Position numbers and translations under genes: made by a program. Below, piece after piece: positions 37,742-46,231 of a stretch of 64,000 nucleotides of DNA. Source of the stretch: Gammaproteobacteria bacterium (GTDB lineage Bacteria > Pseudomonadota > Gammaproteobacteria > Xanthomonadales > Marinicellaceae); assembly GCA_024280395.1 (NCBI GenBank), contig JAJRQG010000150.1:2091-66090 (forward strand), read 5' to 3'. The notes beneath the pieces are model-generated. The model saw only the letters and a program-made list of their open reading frames with translations. It was not told the DNA's origin and ran no database searches. How positions within the stretch are numbered: the first letter of the stretch is position 1; every line of letters begins with the position of its first letter.

Positions 37742-38116
37742 ATGACTGAAAATGAAATTGGTACAAAAATATTAGATTGCGCGTTTAGCATTCATAAAGA
37801 AATAGGTAACGGGCTTTATGAAAACGTATATGAGGTCATATTAACCCATGAGTTAAGGCAACTGGGGCTCACCGTAGAACGTCAAGTTTCAATTCCTATT
37901 AAATATAAAAACATTAAATTTGATGAAGGCTTTAAAGCAGATATTATTGTTAATAATAAAGTTATTATAGAGCTGAAATCCGTAGAGAAAACAATCCCAG
38001 TACATAAAAAACAAGTCATAACATATCTCAAACTTACAGGTCTTAAATTAGGTTATCTACTAAATTTTGGAGATGCCTTATTAAAAAATGGAATTACAAG
38101 GTTGCTAAATGACTAA
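37742..38116 (+). CDS. GxxExxY protein (PD-(D/E)XK nuclease-like superfamily)
   Basis: GNGLYENVY signature (G-x-x-E-x-x-Y), 124 aa, typical family length and C-terminal ..LLNFG... Confidence 0.85.
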   Translation: MTENEIGTKILDCAFSIHKEIGNGLYENVYEVILTHELRQLGLTVERQVSIPIKYKNIKFDEGFKADIIVNNKVIIELKSVEKTIPVHKKQVITYLKLTGLKLGYLLNFGDALLKNGITRLLND

Positions 38117-38141
38117 ACACATAAAACATTCTATTAATCTA

Positions 38142-38171
38142 TTTCGCTGTGCCGTCGTGCCGCTGTGCAAG
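38142..38171. repeat. right arm of the inverted repeat flanking the GxxExxY gene
   Basis: tttcgctgtgccgtcgtgccgctgtgcaag; its reverse complement is cttgcacagcggcacgacggcacagcgaaa. Confidence 0.8.
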
Positions 38172-38176
38172 ACCAA

Positions 38177-39124
38177 ATGAACCACGAGGGCCTCTTATCA
38201 AAGATAAACACTTGGGCATTAGAACTCGGATTCTCTCAAGTGGGGATATCGGATGTTGATTTATCTGAGGCCGAAGGCCATTTACAAGATTGGATTGCCA
38301 AAGGCTTTCATGGGCAGATGGATTTCATGCACAAACACGGTTCTATGCGCACTCATCCTGAAGAACTGGTGGAAGATACCGTTAGAATTATTTCTTTGCG
38401 CTTCGATTACTCATACAAAACAACCATACCTTATGAAGACGTCTTAAAACAACCCAGTAAAGCCGCTATTTCAAGATATGCTATGGGCAGAGACTACCAC
38501 AAACTCATTCGAAGAAAACTTAAAACACTGTCAGAAAAAATCAAAACTGAGGTCAAAGACTTTAACTACCGCGTCTTTACTGACTCAGCACCGGTGATGG
38601 AAAAAGCCATTGCCGAAAAAGCCGGTTTGGGTTGGATTGGCAAACACAGTAACTTACTCAATTCAAAAGCGGGCAGTTATTTTTTCTTGGGGGAAATTTA
38701 CACCAATATTCCCTTACCGATTAGTAAAAAATCCACATTTCACTGCGGAACCTGCACAAAATGCATTGATATTTGCCCCACTCAAGCCATTGTAGACCCA
38801 TTCCAAGTCGATGCCAGAAGGTGTATTTCTTATCTCACCATAGAACACAAAGGTCCGATTCCCAAAGAGTTCCACAAAGCCATAGGCAACCGCATCTATG
38901 GTTGCGATGATTGCCAAATGGTCTGTCCTTGGAATAAATTTGCCACCGATTCTAAAGTTACTGATTTCTTACCCAGAAATCAATTTGACGAACCTGATTT
39001 ACAAGAGTTAATGACTTGGGATGAAGTCACTTTTTTAAAGAAAACAGAAGGCTCTCCGATTAGACGAATTGGTTTTGAATCTTGGCAAAGAAATTTAAAA
39101 ATAGCACTAAATAACCAGCTCTGA
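38177..39124 (+). CDS. queG: tRNA epoxyqueuosine(34) reductase
   Basis: CGTCTKCIDICPTQA and CDDCQMVCPWN ferredoxin-type clusters with the QueG layout. The track start at 38165 is a GTG inside the repeat arm; the ATG is at 38177. Confidence 0.9.
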   Translation: MNHEGLLSKINTWALELGFSQVGISDVDLSEAEGHLQDWIAKGFHGQMDFMHKHGSMRTHPEELVEDTVRIISLRFDYSYKTTIPYEDVLKQPSKAAISRYAMGRDYHKLIRRKLKTLSEKIKTEVKDFNYRVFTDSAPVMEKAIAEKAGLGWIGKHSNLLNSKAGSYFFLGEIYTNIPLPISKKSTFHCGTCTKCIDICPTQAIVDPFQVDARRCISYLTIEHKGPIPKEFHKAIGNRIYGCDDCQMVCPWNKFATDSKVTDFLPRNQFDEPDLQELMTWDEVTFLKKTEGSPIRRIGFESWQRNLKIALNNQL

Positions 39125-39234
39125 TAATTTACCTTGCTACAGTTTTAATGAACAACCCCATGCGAAGTTTTACCTATTGGGTTTTATCTATTGTGCTTCA
39201 ACCTTTTGATATTAAACCTATAGAATTATATCCC

Positions 39235-39684
39235 CTATTTAGGGCATGGATTATAGGCAACCGCAGCAGGAACATATGTACAAGCCCACTGTAAAGAAGC
39301 TCCACTAGTAACACCAACAATTGGTGTCCAAGTAAGTACGCCAGCATCAACATCGGTGTTTGCTTGTCCTTTTGAGCCCAATGCACAATTATAGCGAACA
39401 ACAATGACGCCATCTGTTACAGTTATGGTATCTACACATAAGCCTGTAGCATCTGCGGCGGGTATATGGCCAGTACTATTCGTGATCCCAGCCAAGGTAT
39501 CTATTTCCGCATAGGAGACTGTGACTCCTGTCTTATAGGCGGCTGCCATAGCATTGCCTTCATTTGCTAAGGTCCGTTTGGTATAATCTTGGTAGGCAGG
39601 AATCGCATAGGCCATTAAAATGCCAATGATTGCAATGACAATCATTAATTCAATTAGGGTGAATCCCATTTGTTTATTTTTCAT
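39235..39684 (-). CDS. type IVa pilin (major-pilin type), paralogue 1
   Basis: MKNKQMG|[16 protein letters not shown] prepilin leader and N-methylation motif. C-terminal disulfide loop C-x11-C-PK. Confidence 0.9.
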   Translation of the reverse strand: MKNKQMGFTLIELMIVIAIIGILMAYAIPAYQDYTKRTLANEGNAMAAAYKTGVTVSYAEIDTLAGITNSTGHIPAADATGLCVDTITVTDGVIVVRYNCALGSKGQANTDVDAGVLTWTPIVGVTSGASLQWACTYVPAAVAYNPCPK

Positions 39685-39867
39685 CTCGATCAACTCTGTT
39701 TATAAATTAGGAAAACAACAACATTGTCATCCTTTGTTAATTACTAATAATAGCCTAATCAATAATATACTTTGAAACCATAAATGCCCGCATGAACTGA
39801 GCAAAATCTATACAAATCACAGAATAATGAAAACTCTGTCACAAAATGCCAACTAACCACAATTTTA

Positions 39868-39886
39868 AATGACAATAATTGTCATT
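39868..39886. promoter_or_regulatory. 19-bp palindrome AATGACAAT-a-ATTGTCATT upstream of pilin 1
   Basis: Perfect 9+9 palindrome about 185 nt upstream of the ATG. The same palindrome recurs upstream of pilin 2. Confidence 0.4.
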
Positions 39887-40256
39887 GACTAAACCAATAT
39901 TAATCCATATGAAATGCAGATGAACTTATGCAGCTATAGTGTTTGACAGGAGCTTTATACCATTGAAAAACACCCCTTTAATATTTTTTTCATACAATTG
40001 AACAGGAAATTAAAAAGAAAATATTATCACTGGCTTGTTGTTGCTACATTACAAAAGGATGAAAAGAATACTGATTAACGAACATTGTTTTTAAATGGCT
40101 ATACAACTATCGTAAATGGATTAAAAAGAAATGATTGGAATTTGGTGTGGTTCTTTTTATAGAAGATTAAGAGGCTGAAGTTGAGTGTATTTTGTTTATT
40201 TATTACGTTTATCTTATCTTAAATACACGAGATATAAAGGATGAATTTTATGAAAA

Positions 40257-40295
40257 CAAAAAAACCCGTTAAGAAATTATTCCTAACGGGTTTTT
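40257..40295 (-). terminator. rho-independent terminator of pilin 2
   Basis: On the minus strand: aaaacccgtta-(12 nt)-taacgggtttt followed by a T-run. About 40 nt after the stop at 40333. Confidence 0.7.
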
Positions 40296-40332
40296 ATCTG
40301 ACTATATTGTATAATCAATTATGTACTAAATA

Positions 40333-40785
40333 TTATTTAGGACATGGATTATAAGCAGCTGCAGCAGGAGCATATCCACAAGTCCATTGTAAAGAGGCTC
40401 CACCAGCTCCAACAACAGGAGTCCAAGTAAGTACACCCGCATCTACATCGGTGTTAGCTCGGCCATTTGAGCCTGTAGCACAATTATAAGCAACTACAAT
40501 TACACCATCGGTTACAGTTATAGAGTGTACACATAAACCAATAGCAGCTGCGCCACCAATACCAGCTAAACCATTGCTTAATCCTGTCAATGTATCAGTT
40601 TCTGCATAAGCAGTACTTACTGCCAATTTATAACCTGCAGCCATGGCATTTCCTTCATTGGCAAGAGTACGTTTTGTGTAATCTTGGTATGCAGGAATTG
40701 CATAAGCCATTAAAATACCGATAATCGCGATTACGATCATTAGTTCGATTAGTGTAAAACCTGCCTGTCTTCTTTGATTTTTCAT
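40333..40785 (-). CDS. type IVa pilin (major-pilin type), paralogue 2
   Basis: MKNQRRQAG|[16 protein letters not shown]. The next ~40 aa are identical to paralogue 1, and the C-terminus is conserved ([13 protein letters not shown]...[17 protein letters not shown]). Confidence 0.9.
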   Translation of the reverse strand: MKNQRRQAGFTLIELMIVIAIIGILMAYAIPAYQDYTKRTLANEGNAMAAGYKLAVSTAYAETDTLTGLSNGLAGIGGAAAIGLCVHSITVTDGVIVVAYNCATGSNGRANTDVDAGVLTWTPVVGAGGASLQWTCGYAPAAAAYNPCPK

Positions 40786-40921
40786 TTTATTTACCTCATT
40801 AAATTAAAATTATTTGATTAAGAAGGGGGTCAGATTCAATTTCTTAAAAACCTTCTTGTTTTCCTTTGATTGCTAGAATAGTTGCTGTTGGGTATAAAAA
40901 CAACTACATCTTTATTTATAT

Positions 40922-40937
40922 TGCCTCAATATAGCCA
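40922..40937 (-). promoter_or_regulatory. candidate sigma-54 promoter for pilin 2
   Basis: Minus strand reads TGGCTATATTGAGGCA, with GG and GC separated by 10 nt as in the -24/-12 consensus TGGCAC-N5-TTGC. The -12 TT is not conserved. Confidence 0.3.
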
Positions 40938-40990
40938 TTTATCCTATTTTTTGTGAACCAATTAACAATTGTTAATTTGTGTTGTCTATT

Positions 40991-41009
40991 AATGACAATT
41001 ATTGTCATT
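40991..41009. promoter_or_regulatory. 19-bp palindrome AATGACAAT-t-ATTGTCATT upstream of pilin 2
   Basis: Perfect 9+9 palindrome about 215 nt upstream of the ATG; second copy of 39868-39886. Confidence 0.4.
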
Positions 41010-41068
41010 TGCATTGTTTGGATTTTAAATCATGATAGACTTGCCAATAATTTATATCTGACACAACA

Positions 41069-41590
41069 GTGAACTTAACAAAAGACAAACACATAGTACT
41101 AATCGGCCCTATGGGCGCGGGTAAATCTACTGTGGGATCGATTTTGGCACACAAATTGGGGATAGGCTTTTTTGATATCGACACAGAGCTGGAAACAAAG
41201 TGCGGGGTAAGTGTTAATTTAATCTTTGAAATTGAAAAAGAAGCAGGTTTTCGTAAAAGAGAAACTTGTATGTTAAAAGAGCTATTAAACAAACCACCTT
41301 GTATTATTGCTACAGGCGGTGGCATTGTAGTCACGAAAGAAAATACAGCTTTATTAAAAAAGAGCCCTTCTGAAATCATTTACTTGCGTACAGATGTCAA
41401 ACAGCAGTTATATAGATTGCGCAAGGACAAGAAAAGACCTTTGTTACAATGCAACGATAGAAAGAAAAGATTAACTGAAATGGCTTCCATTAGAAATCCA
41501 TTGTATGAATCCCTAGCCACCAAAGTAGTGAAAACGGGACACCAGTCTGCACACAAGATGGCAACCATCATAATTAAACACTACCTATGA
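41069..41590 (+). CDS. aroK: shikimate kinase
   Basis: LIGPMGAGKSTVG Walker A. 173 aa. GTG start. Followed by aroB. Confidence 0.9.
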   Translation: MNLTKDKHIVLIGPMGAGKSTVGSILAHKLGIGFFDIDTELETKCGVSVNLIFEIEKEAGFRKRETCMLKELLNKPPCIIATGGGIVVTKENTALLKKSPSEIIYLRTDVKQQLYRLRKDKKRPLLQCNDRKKRLTEMASIRNPLYESLATKVVKTGHQSAHKMATIIIKHYL

Positions 41591-41632
41591 AAATTGTTCA
41601 TAGACAATTATCCACTTACTAAATATAATCTG

Positions 41633-42715
41633 ATGATGAAAATTATTAATGTTAAATTAAGCCATTGTGAATATGATATTTTTATCAATGACAGTGGGTT
41701 TAACTTTGAAGCGATTCAATCAAAACTAATCAATCGCAAAATAGCCATCATCTCCAACGATGTGGTTGCGCCTTTGTATTTAGATTCCGTACAATCAGAG
41801 TTGTCGCCATTCAATTCTGAAATTTTTTCACATATTTTACCCGATGGAGAACAGTTTAAGAATCAGGATTCTTGGTTAAGTATACTGGATTTCTTAGCTG
41901 AGAATAATTTCAACCGCTCAGATTTGTTAATCAGTCTTGGTGGTGGTGTGATTTGTGATATGACAGGTTTTGCTGCCGCCTCTTGGATGCGTGGCATTGA
42001 TTTCATTCAAGTGCCAACCAGTCTATTGGCACAAGTGGATGCTTCAGTTGGTGGCAAAACAGGAATCAACCATCTAAAAGGCAAAAACTTGATTGGCGCA
42101 TTTCATCAACCCAAAGCAGTTATCATCAATACTTCCACGTTAACGACCTTGCCCAACAGGGAGTTTAAATCTGGTTTGGGTGAAGCCATTAAATACGGGT
42201 TTATTAATCAACCTAATTTTATCCAGTGGATGGATGCAAATTCCTATGGTATAAAACAATTAGACTTGGCTTTAATCTCTGAGCTTATTTCTCAATGTTG
42301 TCAGTTTAAAACAGAAATTGTTCAACAAGACGAAAAAGAATCTGGTATCAGGGCCTTGTTAAATTTAGGCCACACTTTTGGACATGCCATTGAAACAATC
42401 ACCCAATACAAACAATACTCCCATGGTGAGGCAGTAGCAATTGGTATGGTAATGGCTGCGGAATTATCGGTTATTTTAAATTTATCCAACAAGAATCTAC
42501 GAAAAGAACTGGAAAACCACTTGCAAGATTTCAATTTGCAGACTAAGCTATCTAAAAAAATAGAAGCCAGTAGCTTAGTTGAGTTAATGAGACTTGATAA
42601 AAAAGTAATTAACCGCAAACACAGGCTTATCCTCATGAAATCCATTGGCAAAGCCTTTATCCAAAAAAACGTATGCGAAGAAAAAATATTAAAAGCCATT
42701 ACTCAATGCCAATAA
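41633..42715 (+). CDS. aroB: 3-dehydroquinate synthase
   Basis: ..LGGGVICDMTGFAAA.., ..VGGKTGINH.., ..LNLGHTFGHAIE.. motifs. The track start at 41594 is TTG; the ATG is at 41633. Confidence 0.9.
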   Translation: MMKIINVKLSHCEYDIFINDSGFNFEAIQSKLINRKIAIISNDVVAPLYLDSVQSELSPFNSEIFSHILPDGEQFKNQDSWLSILDFLAENNFNRSDLLISLGGGVICDMTGFAAASWMRGIDFIQVPTSLLAQVDASVGGKTGINHLKGKNLIGAFHQPKAVIINTSTLTTLPNREFKSGLGEAIKYGFINQPNFIQWMDANSYGIKQLDLALISELISQCCQFKTEIVQQDEKESGIRALLNLGHTFGHAIETITQYKQYSHGEAVAIGMVMAAELSVILNLSNKNLRKELENHLQDFNLQTKLSKKIEASSLVELMRLDKKVINRKHRLILMKSIGKAFIQKNVCEEKILKAITQCQ

Positions 42716-43344
42716 CGCTTTTTATTTTATTTTTTTCTACCATTGTTTTTTCAAAAGATAAGCCCAAAGAAACCAACATTGTTTGTTTTGCCGCAAAGAA
42801 TAAATGGGTCTGCGCACCTGAGGATCAACAAGAAATTGCCAGTGAAAAAGCCAACAAATTATTAGAGAACAAACATTCCGAGTTAGAAACTTCAGAGGTT
42901 GTTATTAAATCCATTAACATACCCAAATTCGATTCTCCACCTGCACGTATTGAGCAAAAAATACAGACTCCTGATGTGATTACGGAGAATACCACAGTTT
43001 CCAAAAAAGAATTAAACAACAGCAAAGAAAGCCTCAGCCCTAAAGTCACCAAATACAAGGAAAATACAAATCCATACGCTGAATTGTGGTCCCATCAGTT
43101 GATTGGTGTTAGCACACCACAAAATGCCATTAATTATGTTAGGAAACATAACTTGAACAAAGATGATATTCTTATTATTCAGTCAGTGAGAAATGGCATG
43201 GACTGGTGGATAATTTTATTCGGTCTATACCAAGACAAACAAACTGGCTTAGACAGCGTGAGTAATCTGCCAGAAAACATCAACAAACCGTGGTTGCGGC
43301 CACTTAAAAATTTGCAAGTTAATGGTTTTATAGAGAAATTTTAA
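42706..43344 (+). CDS. SPOR-domain membrane protein (DamX-like position)
   Basis: N-terminal TM. C-terminal ~75 aa is SPOR-like (..WSHQLIGVSTPQNAINYV...DWWIILFGLYQDKQTG..). It sits after aroK-aroB as damX does in E. coli. Confidence 0.65.
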   Translation: MPITLFILFFSTIVFSKDKPKETNIVCFAAKNKWVCAPEDQQEIASEKANKLLENKHSELETSEVVIKSINIPKFDSPPARIEQKIQTPDVITENTTVSKKELNNSKESLSPKVTKYKENTNPYAELWSHQLIGVSTPQNAINYVRKHNLNKDDILIIQSVRNGMDWWIILFGLYQDKQTGLDSVSNLPENINKPWLRPLKNLQVNGFIEKF

Positions 43345-43419
43345 CTTAATCATAACGAAATTTTAATCCTTTCTGGGTTAAACTAACCCCAAACACTAAA
43401 TTATCATATGAGAATCACT

Positions 43420-43677
43420 ATGCCAAAAGTTATCATTTACGGAACATTATTTTGCCCTTATTGTTTTGCGGCAAAGCGCATGTTGAAACAATACAGTATT
43501 GAGTTTAAAGAAATTAGAGTAGACAAAGACCCAGAGTTAAAACAGAAAATGATCAGTAAATCAGGTAGATTCACTGTCCCACAGATATTTATTGATGAAT
43601 ACCATGTTGGCGGATACGATGATTTAGTAGAACATACAAAAAATGGCAAATTGCAAAAATTGATGGTGGCTGCTTAA
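43420..43677 (+). CDS. grxC: glutaredoxin 3
   Basis: MPKVIIYGTLFCPYC CPYC active site, TVPQIFI and GG.DD motifs. Confidence 0.85.
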   Translation: MPKVIIYGTLFCPYCFAAKRMLKQYSIEFKEIRVDKDPELKQKMISKSGRFTVPQIFIDEYHVGGYDDLVEHTKNGKLQKLMVAA

Positions 43678-43679
43678 TA

Positions 43680-44738
43680 TCAGGATGAGCTTTCGTCCTT
43701 TTTCGGCCAAGCATTAATAATAGCATTAACCATTGTCGCCAAAGGAATGGCAAAAAATACGCCCCAAAACCCCCAAATTCCTCCGAAGAACAAAACTGCC
43801 AATATAATTGCAACCGGATGCAAATTGTTGACTTCAGAAAATAGCCATGGCACCAGAACATTACCGTCCAACAACTGAATAACACCATAGCTAATAATCA
43901 GCCATGCAAACTCAGGTGTCCAACCAAATTGAAAATATGAAACCAACGCTATAGGGATGGTCACTAACGCTGCTCCAATATAGGGAATAAGAACAGAAAA
44001 TCCTGTTAAAGTCGCCAATAAGATTGAATACTCTAAATCAAACAATACAAATAAGATATAAGTAATCAAACCAACAATAAATATTTCAATGACCTTTCCA
44101 CGAACATAATTTCCTATTTGTTCATCTACTTCGCCCCAAATTGATAATGTGAGCTTTGAATCCTTTGGAATGAATTTAGCAAACCAAGTAATTATTTCTC
44201 TTTTGTCCTTCAACATGAAAAAAACAAGAATTGGTGTTAATACAATGAATATACCAATAGACATTACACTGAAGAATGATGAAACGGTTATGCTTAAAAC
44301 ATTCTGCCCAAGTTGAGTCAATTCTGATGTTATGGTCGTTGTCAAAGAAGCTGCTTGTTCGCTAGAAATGACCGTTGGGTAATTTTCAGGAAGTTTTCTA
44401 ACAAACTCTAACCCCGTAGATAAATAGGTGGGTAACTGCTGAACCAATTGTGATATTTGTGAAATCAAAATAGGAATGACCCAAAATATCAAAAACATCA
44501 AGAGGGCAACAAATAACATAAATACCAAGATTACGGCCATAATTCTGGGGACATTAAGTTTTTGTAGTCGCACCACTACACTTTCCAGCAAATAGGCCAG
44601 AACAACACTGCTTAAAAATGGTGAAAGTGGTTTACCCAAAAATATGATCACCGCAAAAAGTATGATTAACATACTTATTAATATGACTACTTGGGGGTTG
44701 TCGAAATTTCTTTTAAACCAACTGGATAAAACATTCAT
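43680..44738 (-). CDS. AI-2E family transporter (PerM/UPF0118)
   Basis: 8-TM profile and a ..PYIGAALVTIPIALV.. type motif. 352 aa. Confidence 0.8.
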   Translation of the reverse strand: MNVLSSWFKRNFDNPQVVILISMLIILFAVIIFLGKPLSPFLSSVVLAYLLESVVVRLQKLNVPRIMAVILVFMLFVALLMFLIFWVIPILISQISQLVQQLPTYLSTGLEFVRKLPENYPTVISSEQAASLTTTITSELTQLGQNVLSITVSSFFSVMSIGIFIVLTPILVFFMLKDKREIITWFAKFIPKDSKLTLSIWGEVDEQIGNYVRGKVIEIFIVGLITYILFVLFDLEYSILLATLTGFSVLIPYIGAALVTIPIALVSYFQFGWTPEFAWLIISYGVIQLLDGNVLVPWLFSEVNNLHPVAIILAVLFFGGIWGFWGVFFAIPLATMVNAIINAWPKKDESSS

Positions 44739-44813
44739 GCTAAGTTGTCTCTAAATATAATGGGCATTGATTGAAGCGAGGAAAGCTAATAATTAACCCA
44801 CAGGGTTATGAGT

Positions 44814-44836
44814 TAAAAACTAACCCTGAGGGTTAG
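44814..44836 (-). terminator. rho-independent terminator after the beta-barrel gene
   Basis: Minus strand: ctaaccc-tca-gggttag followed by ttttt. A second similar hairpin taaccc-aca-gggtta lies at 44794-44808. Confidence 0.55.
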
Positions 44837-44845
44837 GATTAATAG

Positions 44846-46171
44846 TTAAAACTGAAAACTCCAAGAAGCAACACCTTCAATATGTTGATCCAATGATGAA
44901 TTAAACCGACCAAAATCTGTTGTTCCAATAAACAGAGGTTTATTAGCAAAACTCGCATAAAAATCGAACTGGCCAATTGGTGCACTGTGCGATACACCCA
45001 ACTTATAACTTACCGATGCAGTATCTTCTGTTAAGATTCTGTCGTAAATTTCTGCAGTTGCCGGAGCTTGTTGCCTTGAAGTGACTTCAAAACTCCAAGA
45101 GAACTCACTGCTTATGTTTTGTTCAAAGCTTACCGAATATACAGTCAAATCTTGTAGTTTATATATAGGAGCAAAAATACCGTTGTAAGCATTTAAAAAT
45201 GCTTCTGAGAATCCCGAATGAACTCTCGAGTCTATATTACTATAAGATATTTTTTCAGCTGAAAAACTCATCTTGTTTGAAAAAACTGGAACTCCTAACG
45301 AAACAGTATATTGACTAGGAATATCAAATTCGCCTTGGTCTGAATAACTGCGTCCGTAAGCATCGAACTCATTCATGTTAATTTGACTTTGGTAATCAAC
45401 ACTTATATCTATATCATTAACCAGTTTTTGAGTAAAATTAAACTGATAACCAGTGCCTCTGTTGGTTAGCCTTTGGATTTTCTCAAAATAAACAAAATTT
45501 CTAGATGAAGTGGCCACAGTCGTAGACCCCAATGAATCATCAAGGAAACTTTGTTGTACCAATATCGCTGCAACACCAAACGAGCTATTGCCGTTAGAGA
45601 TAACATATCCTGGTGTGTAGTATTCTTGTTCTAACAATGTAGGTTTAGAATATTTAGAACCCATGGCCAAAGAATTAAAATTAGACAACGAATTTTCTAG
45701 TATGGGAGACTCAAATTTAACAGTATCTGATGCAAAAGAAAAATAAATATTGCCTTCATCTAAAACTGAAAAAGAATTATCGGTAAAAACAGGAGCAATA
45801 AAATTATTGCCACCATCTGCATAATTGGGCAAGAAATTGATATCCAAAAGATTGCTATTGAACATGCTTCTTTTAAATCTTTTGTTCACCAAGCGATTAA
45901 AATAACGGGGATTAAGCTTACTTGATATTTGATCTCTCCATTGACCTAAATACATAGAATTACCAGTAGAACTTGATACTTGGAAGCCCAAGAGCTTATC
46001 ATCCATACTGTCATCTATTGACATGAGCATATTCGCCGAAGCAGAAGCTGTTCCTGCTAGCAAAATAAACAATGATTTCGATAAAGCTTTATTAATTTTA
46101 ATAGTCCTATTCAAATAAGTTACATATAGTGTTCGATATTGACAAAAAAACAACAATTTGTCAATAGTCAT
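44846..46171 (-). CDS. putative outer-membrane beta-barrel protein
   Basis: Ends ...GVASWSFQF (aromatic C-terminal beta-signal) with an alternating beta-strand pattern. Signal peptide ..KALSKSLFILLAGTASASA. A TTG near 46114 may be the real start. Confidence 0.55.
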   Translation of the reverse strand: MTIDKLLFFCQYRTLYVTYLNRTIKINKALSKSLFILLAGTASASANMLMSIDDSMDDKLLGFQVSSSTGNSMYLGQWRDQISSKLNPRYFNRLVNKRFKRSMFNSNLLDINFLPNYADGGNNFIAPVFTDNSFSVLDEGNIYFSFASDTVKFESPILENSLSNFNSLAMGSKYSKPTLLEQEYYTPGYVISNGNSSFGVAAILVQQSFLDDSLGSTTVATSSRNFVYFEKIQRLTNRGTGYQFNFTQKLVNDIDISVDYQSQINMNEFDAYGRSYSDQGEFDIPSQYTVSLGVPVFSNKMSFSAEKISYSNIDSRVHSGFSEAFLNAYNGIFAPIYKLQDLTVYSVSFEQNISSEFSWSFEVTSRQQAPATAEIYDRILTEDTASVSYKLGVSHSAPIGQFDFYASFANKPLFIGTTDFGRFNSSLDQHIEGVASWSFQF

Positions 46172-46231
46172 AGTTGCCTCGCTACAAATCAATTATTTTG
46201 TTGCACTTTTGCAACATCTAACCCAGGCAGC

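Noticed and set aside
39127-39139. Identical 13-mer ATTTACCTTGCTA immediately after the stop codons of queG (39127-39139) and the propeller gene (61273-61285)
   Set aside because: By rough estimate, tens of chance 13-mer repeats are expected in 64 kb of AT-rich DNA. There is no extended similarity or structure around them.
39694-40332. Hidden gene or sRNA in the 648-bp spacer between the pilin paralogues
   Set aside because: No ORF of 60 aa or more, no tRNA-like or conserved RNA motif that I recognise. Only the palindrome and the terminator are reported.
41005-41379. 124-aa minus-strand ORF, and many other 60-140-aa ORFs in the track (e.g. 42322-42699, 63151-63579, 62728-63012, 36852-37202)
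   Set aside because: They lie antisense to or out of frame within strongly supported genes (aroK, aroB, carB, srkA) and have low-complexity, family-less translations. They are typical shadow ORFs.
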